NCBI GenBank assembly: GCA_038087875.1
Contig: CM075998.1
Span: 4,590,001 to 4,654,000 of the forward strand
Source: Malacoraja senta
Lineage: Eukaryota
Length of the DNA stretch: 64,000 bases
Direction: 5' to 3'
This document shows positions 25,365-36,115 of this stretch, piece after piece. Position 1 is the first letter of the stretch. Every line of letters starts with the position of its first letter. The notes under the pieces were generated by a model. The model saw only the letters and a program-made list of their open reading frames with translations, had not been told where the DNA came from and ran no database searches. Made by a program: the position numbers and the translations under genes.

Positions 25365-28300
25365 TCCAATGATACTATGTTGAAAAGTAGAAAAGATATC
25401 CAATTGGAAATCAAAAAAAATCTTGGAAAAAACAAATCTGAAAAAAATTGGAAATCTGAAATGTTGGAAATACTCAGCAGGTCATGTAGCTTCTGTAAAG
25501 TCAGTACTTCAGGCCAAAGACTGTTCATCAAAACTGGGAAAGTAAGAAAGCATGCTAGTTCTAAGTTGCAAATACCATGTGGAAAGTTATCCTCCATCTC
25601 TGGCTAGTATTTACTACTCAAATCAACATCAATACAATGGATTTGCCTGGAAATTTAATCCCTTAGAACTGTATCTTTTTTCAGCTTCGTGAATGAAAAG
25701 GGATTAATTAATGACATCGTAGTGAAAGCACCGTCAGTAAGCAGTAATCATAATATAACTTAATTTACATTTAGTTTGAAGGAGAGAAGAATGGGTCCAG
25801 GACTTGTATTTTAAACCAAAATAAGGGCAATTAGGAAGTCATGAAAGCAGTGCTAAGCAGCCAGGATCGAACCCGGGTCCCCGGCACCGAAAGCGCTGCC
25901 GAACCACCACTGGACTGTCCCCGGGAGCTCCAGATTCCCACACTCCAAAGACATACAGGTCTGTAGGTAAATTGGCTTGGTAAAATTGTAAATTGTCCCT
26001 AGTATGTGTAGGATAGTGTTAATGTGCAGGGATCGCTGGTCGGCGTGGATTTGGTGGGCTGAAGGGCCTGCTTCCACGCTGTATCTCTAAACTAAACTGA
26101 ACTAAAGTAACATAGAAAGTTTTATTCGGCTGTTGTCACTTACAACTCTTAAGTAAAATGTTATCTGGGTCATTACAGTGGAACAAGGCAAGACATTACT
26201 AATGTGATAAATAAATCTGTAATCTAACTTAATATTATTTTACAATAATTATTCATTGGCTTTAATGCATTTATGTTGCAGCCACCAGTGCTTCATTTTC
26301 CAAGCTTCTATTCTTGCCCCACCAGTCTTTTTGCATCCGCTCACTGATGAAGTTAAACACCAAAATATAATACAGATGACACCCAATCTTATTGAAAATC
26401 TGTATGAAACACTGCCTGGAAATTGTTTTTAAAGTCCTTGCAAAATATAACATAAATGCCTAGAAATTCATCCCTAGTCAGCAGCACTGATGCTTTCTGT
26501 TGTTGTATCAGCACATTGCACTCTACGTCCGAAGGGAATGGATTTCAGAGACCAAGAAGACTGACATAAATATATAGTGCATGTAGTGTTACTGACCCAC
26601 GATGGATTTTTCAACCATTCTATTTTTAATTCTGAACCAGATCACCTTCATCACAATAACTTGCATCTATTATACCTTTTGGGGCCAGAACTCGCTGCCA
26701 ACTTGGCTCGCGGCTGACCTCCCTAATAGAATTTTTCCCTTTCCACATCCGTCAGTGTCGACTTGTTGCACTAAGAGTTTCCAATATAAATGTGTCGAGT
26801 GCAAAGCCGCTCTATGGTGGCATAGCCATGCATGACATAATTCTATCATGTGGACTGGCTACCACATTCGGAAGCAATCAAAAACTAAATCAGTGAAGCA
26901 ATAATAATGAAGTCCAAACTTATTTTTAAAAGATAAAATGTTTACAAACATAAAACATTTAAGCCAATTTTTAAAAAAGTACTCATTTAAAAATTACTCA
27001 TTTACAAAAATAGTAATTGCATGCTTACCTGTGGCCCTGCAGCTGTTTATCACCATTCAAATTTATTCTGGAGATTTTGACATTGTTTGGGGTCCTTGCT
27101 CTGTCCTTGATAGTACTTCAGACAGCTGTTATGTATGCTATGGCGTTTCACTTCAACCTAGGATAAATAGAGGACTTGTCTTCAGATTACTTAAGGTACT
27201 GATGCAATCCTGAGCCAAGGTCTTTTTGGGCTTCAACTGCCAAACACATTTATTAATCCTTAATTGTCTGCGAGACTAGTACTAATGGGTGGCATGGTGG
27301 CGCAGTGTTAGAGCTGCTACCTTACAGTGCCAGAAACCCGGGTTCGATCCTGGCTACAAGTGTTTGTCTGTACGGAGTTTGCACGTTCTCTCCGTGACCT
27401 GCGTGTGTTTTCTCCAAGAACTTTGGTTTCCTCCCACACTCCAAAGACGTACAGGTTTATCGGTTAATTGGTTTGGTAGAAATATAAAAATGTACCTGGT
27501 TGGCGTTGCCTTGGTGGGCCAAAGGGCCTGTTTCCATGCTGTACCTCTGAACTAAACTATTTATACACTTAAACTTCACTCATAGTAGAAAATAATGGAC
27601 TTAAGCGACATAGTTTATGCACAGAAAATGATGCACAACTTTATTCTCCTTTCATGATTTCTTTTCCCTTTACATCAACTAAAGAAACTGTCAGTTTTGA
27701 TTAGCCTCTAAATCATATGCCACAACTATGGCAAATACTCCCAAAGTAGTTACCAGATCTTTGTGAATCAAATAACTGTTTGATTGTGAATTATGCAAAT
27801 CAGCACATAACAAACTATGTGAATATTTGTATTAAGTGATTTAAATTCCTCCTTAAAATAATTTATTCACTAACCTAATGAGAAATGATTGCTACATTTT
27901 TTGTCTCAGCTTAATGTTATGATTTGTGAATTACGTTTTTTTTTTAATTGAAGAAAATGCTAAGCTCAATATTGAACTGATGATAATCGAACGTCATCGG
28001 CAAGATGCCAATAAGAAGTGTTGCACAGAGAAATTAGCACGGTGTTAGCCAATTTTGTGGAAAAGTTAACGCTAATCATTAATAACATATGGAGTACCCT
28101 TGTTGAATTTTTAAATTATTTTTTGGAAACACTCAATACATGAACTTTAATGGATGCAAGGCATCATAGATGCTTGCTCTTCGCTTGGAATTAGACAGCA
28201 CATTTGCAAAAGAGGTAGAAGCCTTGTTTAAAGGTAGGAGGGGTAGAAGCTGGAAAACAGGAGGGCAGGACAGAGCGTGGTCGCTAAGAGTTGAAGAGTT

Positions 28301-29071
28301 GGGGGGTTTTCTAAGCAAATTGTTGGACAAAGGCCAGAGATGAAGAGACAGCTGTAAGCCCAAAAACGATAGAGTTGCGAATTGTGAAACACTTTAAATT
28401 TACATTTTTAATTAAAATGTATATATATCTTTAAATTGATTAAGCTGATTAAAGGGATTTCTCCATGACTGCTTTGAGGGGATGCAGGGCAATGTGGATA
28501 AGAGACAATGGTTGAAATGGAATTTGAGGGCAGTCGGGAGGAGAATCAGGAGAAAGGTGGGAGTGGGTGGATGTTAATAGTGCATGCTGATGAGCAGCCT
28601 GATAGAACCAGTGTGGTTGTCCTGAGGGGCATTATCACAACCCATGCTGTGCATGGCATACAATAAAATTCCCAGAGGAAACGGTAGGTGATTTATACCT
28701 TTTATTAATATAATGTCCCAACAATGTCTCTTTTAAATCTTGCACAATTCACTCAGCACATTTGGCATGCTCCCTGCTGAACTGTGAGTTCATTATGAAG
28801 GGTGTAAATCATGACCATTTGATCCAATGTCTGCTGTTTCGTATTTAATGGGCCTCATGCATGTCAATGACATAATTGTATGTGGAAACTATATTACCTG
28901 CAAAACGCCCAGACAGGAATTTCTCACTGGGAGTGACTTCAACGGGAAATGGTAGTAAACACTTTTTTTTTAAATTGCTTTTCATGCATTGTTGACGCAG
29001 AAGAGAAAGATGCTAATGGATTTTATCTGATTAAGTTTCAATTGGTTTTTAGATCCTGGTCACAGTCTTAA

Positions 29072-29360
29072 TTTAGTTTAGATTAGATTTACAGTGTGGA
29101 AACAGGCCCTTCGGCCCATCGAATACATGCTGACCAGCGATCACCCATTCATACAGTTCTATCCTACACACTAGGGACAATTTACAGAAGCCAATTAACC
29201 TACAAATCTGCACATCTTTGGGATGTGGGAGGAAACCAGAGCATCGAAGAAAACTGACGCGGTCACAGGGAGAGTGTGCGAACTCCGTACAGACAGCACC
29301 CGTAGTCAGGATCGAACTCTGGTCTCTCGCGCTATAAGGCAATAACTCTACCGCAGCACC
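29072..29360 (-). mobile_element. HE1/V-SINE-like copy (other minus copies near 48080-48382 and 51981-52260)
   Basis: Reverse complement of the same SINE. Confidence 0.83.
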
Positions 29361-29482
29361 ACACGAAGAATCAGACTAGGTTGAACACAATGGTGCCACA
29401 ATTGTAGTTAAATATGTTGAGTTGTGGGTATATCTTCCTATTTGCTATAAGCAACACAATCACTTTATATTATAGAAAAATA

Positions 29483-29718
29483 AGGGCCTGTCCCACTTGG
29501 GCGTCATTTGCGCGTCATTTACGCGACATCATTTACGCGTCAAGACGCACGACACGTGCGGCGTGACACGCACGTGATGCGTGCATGGTGCGCATTACGC
29601 GAGCATGGTGCATGGTGACGTAGGCAGTGACGCGCGTCGCCCCAGGATTTTGGGATGTACAAAATCTTCGCGCGCCATCTGCGTGACGCTCAAATGACGC
29701 CCAAGTGCGACAGGCCCT
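29483..29718. mobile_element. PIF/Harbinger-like MITE
   Basis: TIR AGGGCCTGTCCCACTTGGGCGTCATTTG / CAAATGACGCCCAAGTGCGACAGGCCCT, CpG-rich interior, TWA-like flanks. Confidence 0.75.
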
Positions 29719-29789
29719 TTAAGTTGCTCCCAAACTGCAGAATGATGTTCTTATGATGCCATCCAGTCTTGCTATCAGGCCATCACATC

Positions 29790-29930
29790 TTCTTCTTCTA
29801 CTTTCGTGTGGCGTGCACAGCCTAAAGTTGTTGGACAACTTGTTCTATTTGATCTTCCGTTTGTGCACGTCGAGTTGATTGCATTTGTCAAAACAGGGCG
29901 GACCACGTGAAGGTTGCAATCTTCCACCCC
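29790..29930 (-). mobile_element. ~140-nt HDV-like-ribozyme-headed non-autonomous retroelement, copy B
   Basis: TSD AGGCCATCACATC at 29777-29789 and 29931-29943; (TTC)n on + is a (GAA)n tail; same 5' start (GGGGTG) as copy A. Confidence 0.9.
29877..29930 (-). ncRNA. Minimal HDV/CPEB3-like ribozyme fold, copy B
   Basis: Reverse strand reads GGGGTGG AA GATTGCA ACC TTCACGT GGT CCGCCCT G TTTTGA CAAA TGCAATC, with a full 7-bp P1 including the G1.U wobble. Confidence 0.82.
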
Positions 29931-30721
29931 AGGCCATCACATCATCCTATGTAATACTATACTTGAAATGGAGTGACCAAGCTATTACTATAAAATTTGA
30001 AATGACAACCTGGGATTTTGCAACCTTAGAAGATTGGATTTTCATCAGGATCTGTTTACATTTTAAATTGTACTGTGAGGGTTTTCACTTTAAGCAAACA
30101 CATTAGCACACATGTTACCCACTATTTAACGGTGTTATAAAGTTCTTACATTGCAGACTTGTAATTGTTAATTGCAATGTGTAAAATGTTGTGGCGGTAG
30201 CAGAACATATGGCAAAACCTCAAATCATGTTGGCTGAACATGTTTGATGTATAAATACCTCTAATTACTAATCACACTGGTGGCTTAATTGCTTGCAAAT
30301 CAGAGTCTTGCTTCAAATGATTCCATCTGTGAATGTTCTGTCCAGTGTGCAATGTTTGCCAAGAATAGTTCTTTATGCTCCAGTATCCAACCACTTTACC
30401 ATTAAAATGCATAGGGAGTGAACTCCTGGTTTCTTTGTCAAAATATCTCCTTAAACCAGATGTCTTAACTGGTGTGCTCTCTGCATGCTGATGGTATAGG
30501 TTCCAGTGAGAACTGCAAAATCTTTACCACAAGTTTCAGTTCTGTGAGAAGTCGAAAGATTAGAAAGTGGTATCAGATCAAAATGGATAATGGAAGAAAA
30601 GGTAACTGAGTAATACCATTCATGCCTCCCCACCTAACCACTGTATACTCAAGCACATCCAAAATTGCATTGACGTTATCCGAACTCTGTTACCTCTGTT
30701 ACCTTTGTTGATTAGAACCAG

Positions 30722-31805
30722 AGATACATAGAAAATAGGTGCAGGAGTAGGCCATTTGGCCCTTTGAGCCAGCACCACCATTCAATATGATCATGGCTGA
30801 TCATCCACAATCAGTACCCCGTTTCCCCCATATCCCTTGATTCCATTAGTCCTAAGAGCTAAATCTACCTCTCTCTTGAAAACATCCAGTGAATTGGCCT
30901 CCACTGCCTTCTGTGGCAGAGAATTCCACAGATTCACAACTCTCTGGGTGAAAAAGGTTTTTTGTCATCTCAGTCCTAAATGGCCTACCCCTTATTCTGC
31001 ATCAGCCTGTCCAATCCTTTAAGAATTTTATATGTTTCTATAAGATTCCCTCTCATCCTTCTAAATTCCATTGTATATAAGACCAGTCGACCCATTCTTT
31101 CATCATATGTCGGTCTCGCCAACCCGATAATTAACCTGGTGAACCAACGCTGCACTCCCTCAATAGCAAGAATGTCACACAATACTCCTAGTATGATCTC
31201 ACCAGGGCCCTGTACAACTGCAGTAGGAGATTGTTTGTGTCTTTCTTAGTGAAGACCGAACCAAAGTACTTGTTTAACTTGTCTGCCATTTCCTTGTTTC
31301 CCATTATAAATTTACTTGTCTCTGACTGTAAGGGACCTACATTTGTCCTCACTGATCTTTTCCTCTTCACATATCTAAAGAAGTTTTTACAGTCAGCTTT
31401 TATATTCCCAGCAAGCTTACTTTCATGCTCTATTTTCCCCCTCTTAATTAATCCCTTTGTCCTCCTCTGTTGGATTCTAAATTTCTCCCACTCCTCCGGT
31501 TTGCTGCTTCCTCTGGCCAATTTATATGCCTCTTCCTTGGATTTAACACTATCCCTAATTTCTCTCGTTAGCCACGGTTCAGCCGCTTTCCCCAGTTTAT
31601 TTTTATGCCAGACGGGGATGAACAATTGTTGTAATTCATCCATGCGATCTTTAAATCTTTGCCATTGCATCTCCACCATCAAACCTTTAAGTATCATTTG
31701 CCCGTCTATCCTAGCCAATTCCTGTCTCATACCATCAAAGCCGCCATTCTTTAAGTTCACGACCCTCGTCTCTGAATTAACCGTGTCACTCTCCATCTTA
31801 ATGCA
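30722..31805 (-). mobile_element. CR1 (HER1-like) LINE fragments with internal deletion
   Basis: ORF2 remnants PWLTREI..NCKNFFRYVK..VGPL..NKYFGSVFT and EGVQRWFTRLI..RRMRGNLIETYKIL, plus the CR1 3' tail. Confidence 0.85.
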
Positions 31806-33026
31806 CACACTATCCCCTGATTTGGCAAATAATTATTTTTTAATTACTGATTATTCTCTTCAAATTTCCGAGTCTCCTTCACCATCGGTGACCATAACAT
31901 TAGCTATTTAGACCACACGGGCTAGAGTTTCCTCCCTAAACTTCTTTCTGCTCTAAAAGAGCAGAAGATGCAATTTAAAATCTACCTCCTTAGCTGCCCG
32001 AATGTCCCTTTATGTGGTTAATGTTAAATGATGTCTAATATTGCTTGCGTGAGTCGCATTGGGACATCTTATGATGCAGCTTAGTGGCATATTTACGTGA
32101 GTTGCTTCCTCACAGCACTAGGGACACAGGTTTAAACCTGACCTTGGGTGCTGTCAGAGTGGAGTTTGCACATTCCCCCCTGTGACCACACGGTTTCCCC
32201 CCCCTCCCCTGGGTGCTCCGGTTTCCTCCCACATCCCAAAGGTCTGAAGGGGTGTAGGTTAATTAACTGCTGTAAATGTGTGTTGGTGCGTGGTAGAATC
32301 TGGTGGGGATGTAAGGAGAATAACATTGTATTAGTGTAAATGGCAGCTGAAGGTCGGTAGGGACTCGGTGTACCCCATGATGTACAATATTAAAGATGCT
32401 ATATCAATGCAGGCTTTTGCACTGTTCATTTCACGAGGATCACATGTTTAAATGTTTGATGTAGGTCACATCGGCTTTGCATCAGAATCCAGTATGGAGG
32501 CAGCTGGAGTATAACTACATGGATGGCCCAGTGGCACTTGGAGCAAGATTTTAGTGGATGTATTTTGTTTGTCTTATGACAAACTGGGACTGTGGATGCC
32601 TGTGAATGTTGAGAGAAAGATTCTTAATAATTAAAATGATCTATTTCCACAAAACCTTTCTCTAGTTACTTTATTCAAAGTTTGTTTGGCAACATCTGCA
32701 TGGCAAAGTCTCAGTTTTCAATTGAAATTGTTAAGGTGTGTCACATCAAAACCGACATGTTTGGAAAGGTACGTCATATAACAACAAGCAAAACAACAGA
32801 AATGTAAATCGAAGGTAGACAAAAATGCTGGAGAAACTCAGCGGGTGCGGCAGCATCTATGGAGCGAAGGAAATAGGCAACGTTTCGGGTCGAAACCCTT
32901 CTTCAGACTGATGTGGGGGGGGGGGGGGCGGGAAGAAGAAAGGAAGAGGCCGAGACAGTGGGCTAAGGGGGAGCTGAGAAGGGGAGGAGAAAGCAGGGAC
33001 TACCTGAAATTAGAGAAGTCAATGTT

Positions 33027-33080
33027 GGGGTGTGTGATTGCAACCTTCACGTGGTCCGCCCTGTTTCGACGAATGCAATC
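33027..33080 (+). ncRNA. Minimal HDV/CPEB3-like self-cleaving ribozyme fold
   Basis: P1 GGGGTG(T)/CCGCCCT, P2 GATTGCA/TGCAATC, P3 ACC/GGT, L3 TTCACGT, P1.1 G, mini-P4 TTTCGA, J4/2 CGAA with putative catalytic C at 33070. Confidence 0.82.
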
Positions 33081-33167
33081 AACCTGGCGTGCACAATCAA
33101 ATAAGATCAAATAGAACAAGTTGTCCTACAACTTTAGGCTGTGCACGCCACACGCAAGAAGAAGAGA
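33027..33167 (+). mobile_element. ~140-nt HDV-like-ribozyme-headed non-autonomous retroelement, copy A
   Basis: 15-bp TSD AGAGAAGTCAATGTT at 33012-33026 and 33168-33182; (GAA)n tail; homologous over its full length to copy B. Confidence 0.9.
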
Positions 33168-33805
33168 AGAGAAGTCAATGTTCATACTACTTGGGTGTAA
33201 ACTGCCCAAGCGAAATGTAAAGCGGGTTCACCTTGCTAAAGAGGAAAGACATTTTAACAGGTGTTGCATAGTTGAGAGTAGCTTGTGACAAGCCATGCAG
33301 TTGCACTAATGTTTGTATTTTCCCAGGTGAAGTTGTTTTTCCAGGACATCACAGTAGAGAGTACTTTCTGCCTCCCACGTGTCTACTTGAGTCCTTGTGG
33401 ACTAAATCAATAGGGTTCTGTGTTTCCTAACTTGCGGTGCTGTCTTTAACAGTTCCTATTTTTGCATTTGATTGTTAATCTCAGTGTAGATTCCATTTGA
33501 GTAAACTAACCACTATTTCCATTGATAATTGGTAAAAACTACTGGAATTGTTTGAAATGACAGTTCCCTACACAAGAAATTCCCAGCCTTTCAATTAAAA
33601 GAACTTCGAAAATAAAAAAGTCTAAATATATTTTACCCGACCTATGTCAGTTACCATAGCTCCTTGGAGAGAAGGACGTTTATTTTTTCTGTGCACCGAC
33701 TGCCACCACTGCATTCAGAGAACAGGAGATTGAAAGTCAGAGGATGCAATGGAAGACTAAACGCCCAAAACTGCCTGCTGCTCCGCCGGAGACTGTGTAA
33801 GGTAT

Positions 33806-34252
33806 GCTGAGAGAATGGAGCAGCTGGGCTTGTACACTCTGGAGTTTAGAAGGATGAGAGGGCATCTCATTGAACCATATAAGATTGTTAAGGACTTGGA
33901 CACGCTAGAGGCAGGAAACGTGTTCCCGATGTTGGGGGAGTCCAGAACCAGGGGCCACAGTTTAAGAATAAGGAGTAAGCCATTTAGAACGGAGACGAGG
34001 AAACACTTTTTCTCACAGAGAGTGGTGAGTCTGTGGAATTCTCTGCCTCAGAGGGCAGTGGAGGCAGGTTCTCTGGATGCTTTCAAGAGAGAGCTCGATA
34101 GGGCTCTTAAAAATAGCGGAGTCAGGGGATATGGGGAGAAGGCAGGAACGGGGTACTGATTGGGGATGATCAGCCATGATCACATTGAATGGCGGTGCTG
34201 GCTCGAAGGGCCAAATGGCCTACTCCTGCACCTATTGTCTATTGTCTATTGT
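33806..34252 (+). mobile_element. CR1 LINE 3' end
   Basis: LGLYTLEFRRMRG..TRGHSL..FFSQRVVSLWNSLP..FKRELD; (CTATTGT)n tail. Confidence 0.88.
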
Positions 34253-34637
34253 ATTAGGACCAGGTGAGCTCACTTCCCAGAATGGAACGACAGTATTGTC
34301 CTTCACAGTGATGTACGTATCAGATGACAAGTTTAATTAGATTGCTGACTTGTTTATTTTGTGCATTCTTGAGCACAGCTGAGTTTGTAAAGTGGAATAA
34401 TTGGGACAAAGGGAGCAAATGGCAGCAGGGTTGGATTATGTTAGTTTATTGTCATGTACACCAGGGTGCAATGAAATTCCTAATTTGGATGAGGCTCACA
34501 GAGTAAACTACACATGGTAATGATAAATACAACGATGAGTGCAAAACAGCAGAACAGTGTAAGTTTGTGGTGCAATCTGAAGTAGTAAAACAATACTAAT
34601 GTGCAATAACGAAATAACCAAATGAGGTAAAGAGTAA

Positions 34638-36115
34638 AGAGCCTGTCCCACGAGCATGTGACTGCATGCGGCAAGCGCGACCAAACCGGAAGCGGGGGCC
34701 GCGCGGGGGTCGTGCGGAGGTCGAGTGATCCCCGTACAGGGCCGGTCCCACCAGCATGCGAATGCATGCGGCGAGCGCGACCAAACCGGAAGCGTGAAGT
34801 TCGAGCGAAGTCCGCGGGAAGTCCGCGCGTGACGTACGGCGTCAAGACGCTACGTATGCCGTCGAGGTGGCTGCGGGCCGGCAGGCCGTTGTCGCGCGGA
34901 ATACACTCTCAGTAGCAATGTTACAAAATTTTGAGATTTTAAAAATAAAGTCTGCAATTTATCCCATCAGATAAAGCATAAAAATAAGTTTAATTTGACA
35001 CCTAATTCACTTTCATATCTTCAGTATTAAAGAAGTTATGGCCATTTTCATACTCGGAAATTAGCATCTTGTTCCCTATTGCTTTTCCATTGACTTAACA
35101 CAAAAGCTGTGATCGAGGACAGTTAAAAGCCCATAACTTTCTTACAAATTAAGATAACTGAAAGAAATTTTCAGTTATTATAGATTGAAGCATTCTGAAA
35201 CAAATATGAAACAATCTTACTTAGAAGACATGAAAGTAAAGCATATAATTAGTTAGTTACCTAATTGTAGCTAATTACAAAATTCAATTACTAGATCTAA
35301 ACATCTATCAATTTCTTAAGAATAGATTAACATTTTTAAATAGCCTAAGTGTCCAAATAACATTCACACAATAATTCACAATATAACATAATTTTTAAAT
35401 CTAATTTTCATGAATTTACAGGCCAAATGGAAGGAATTGAATGTTTAATACCTGTAAATTAATGGGCATTTAAATCATCTTGTGAGTGAGGATTTCTGGA
35501 ACGCGATCTTTTGGAAAGTTCATTTGCGGTGAATTTAACCCCGTATTGGCATGAAAAATACTGCCGTTAGTTCGGGGAATAAAATCACCGTTTCGCATGA
35601 AAAAATGTGAATTAAAGGCTTCTTAAGAAGCACTTTTATACATTTAAAGAAACCACTTTCGTTTACCTGTCCCGTGTGTGAAATCCGTCCCCGTTATCGG
35701 CGTTGACGCTTCAGGAGCTGCTTTTAAAATTACTCCAGCGCTGACATTGACGATTTAATAAAAATAAAAAATTCACAAAACGCCCCTAGGAACGATTTTT
35801 CAGCCAACGCTTGTACTCCAACGAAATATAATTCAGGACAAGGGAGGAGAAACCGCGTTTTAACCCCGCCCCCCCTTAAAGGCGCCAAAATCGCGCACAC
35901 GGCCAGTGACAGAATTACAGCGCGACTGAAGGTAAGTTTTGTAACATACCTACTCTCAGTTTTTCGGAGCCCCGTGCGATGTCGGGACCAGCTCCGCACA
36001 ACTCCATACGGCGCCGGCGATCGAAGTGGGACCGGCCCCGCGAGGCCTTACGGCTCAAGCAACCACGTTAGGTCGCGCTTGCTGCATGCAATCGCATGCC
36101 CGTGGGACAGGCCCT
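34638..36115. mobile_element. PIF/Harbinger-like MITE containing a nested 1-kb DNA element
   Basis: TIR AGAGCCTGTCCCACGAGCATG / CATGCCCGTGGGACAGGCCCT with a TAA TSD. Confidence 0.75.
34914..35951. mobile_element. Non-autonomous DNA transposon, superfamily unresolved
   Basis: Imperfect TIR AGCAATGTTACAAAA / TTTTGTAACATACCT. Direct repeat ACTCTCAGT at 34905-34913 and 35952-35960. No long ORF. Confidence 0.75.

Larger units (their letters stand above)
32809..33211 (-). mobile_element. Penelope 3' fragment (end of GIY-YIG region plus hammerhead) interrupted by a SINE
   Basis: Homologous to 13367-13635; hammerhead core at 32879-32906. TSD GAAATGTAAA at 32799-32808 and 33212-33221. Confidence 0.85.

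Noticed and set aside
26806..26822. CTCF site (GCCGCTCTATGGTGGCA)
   Set aside because: Spacing does not fit the CTCF core well and cannot be supported without PWM scoring or ChIP data.
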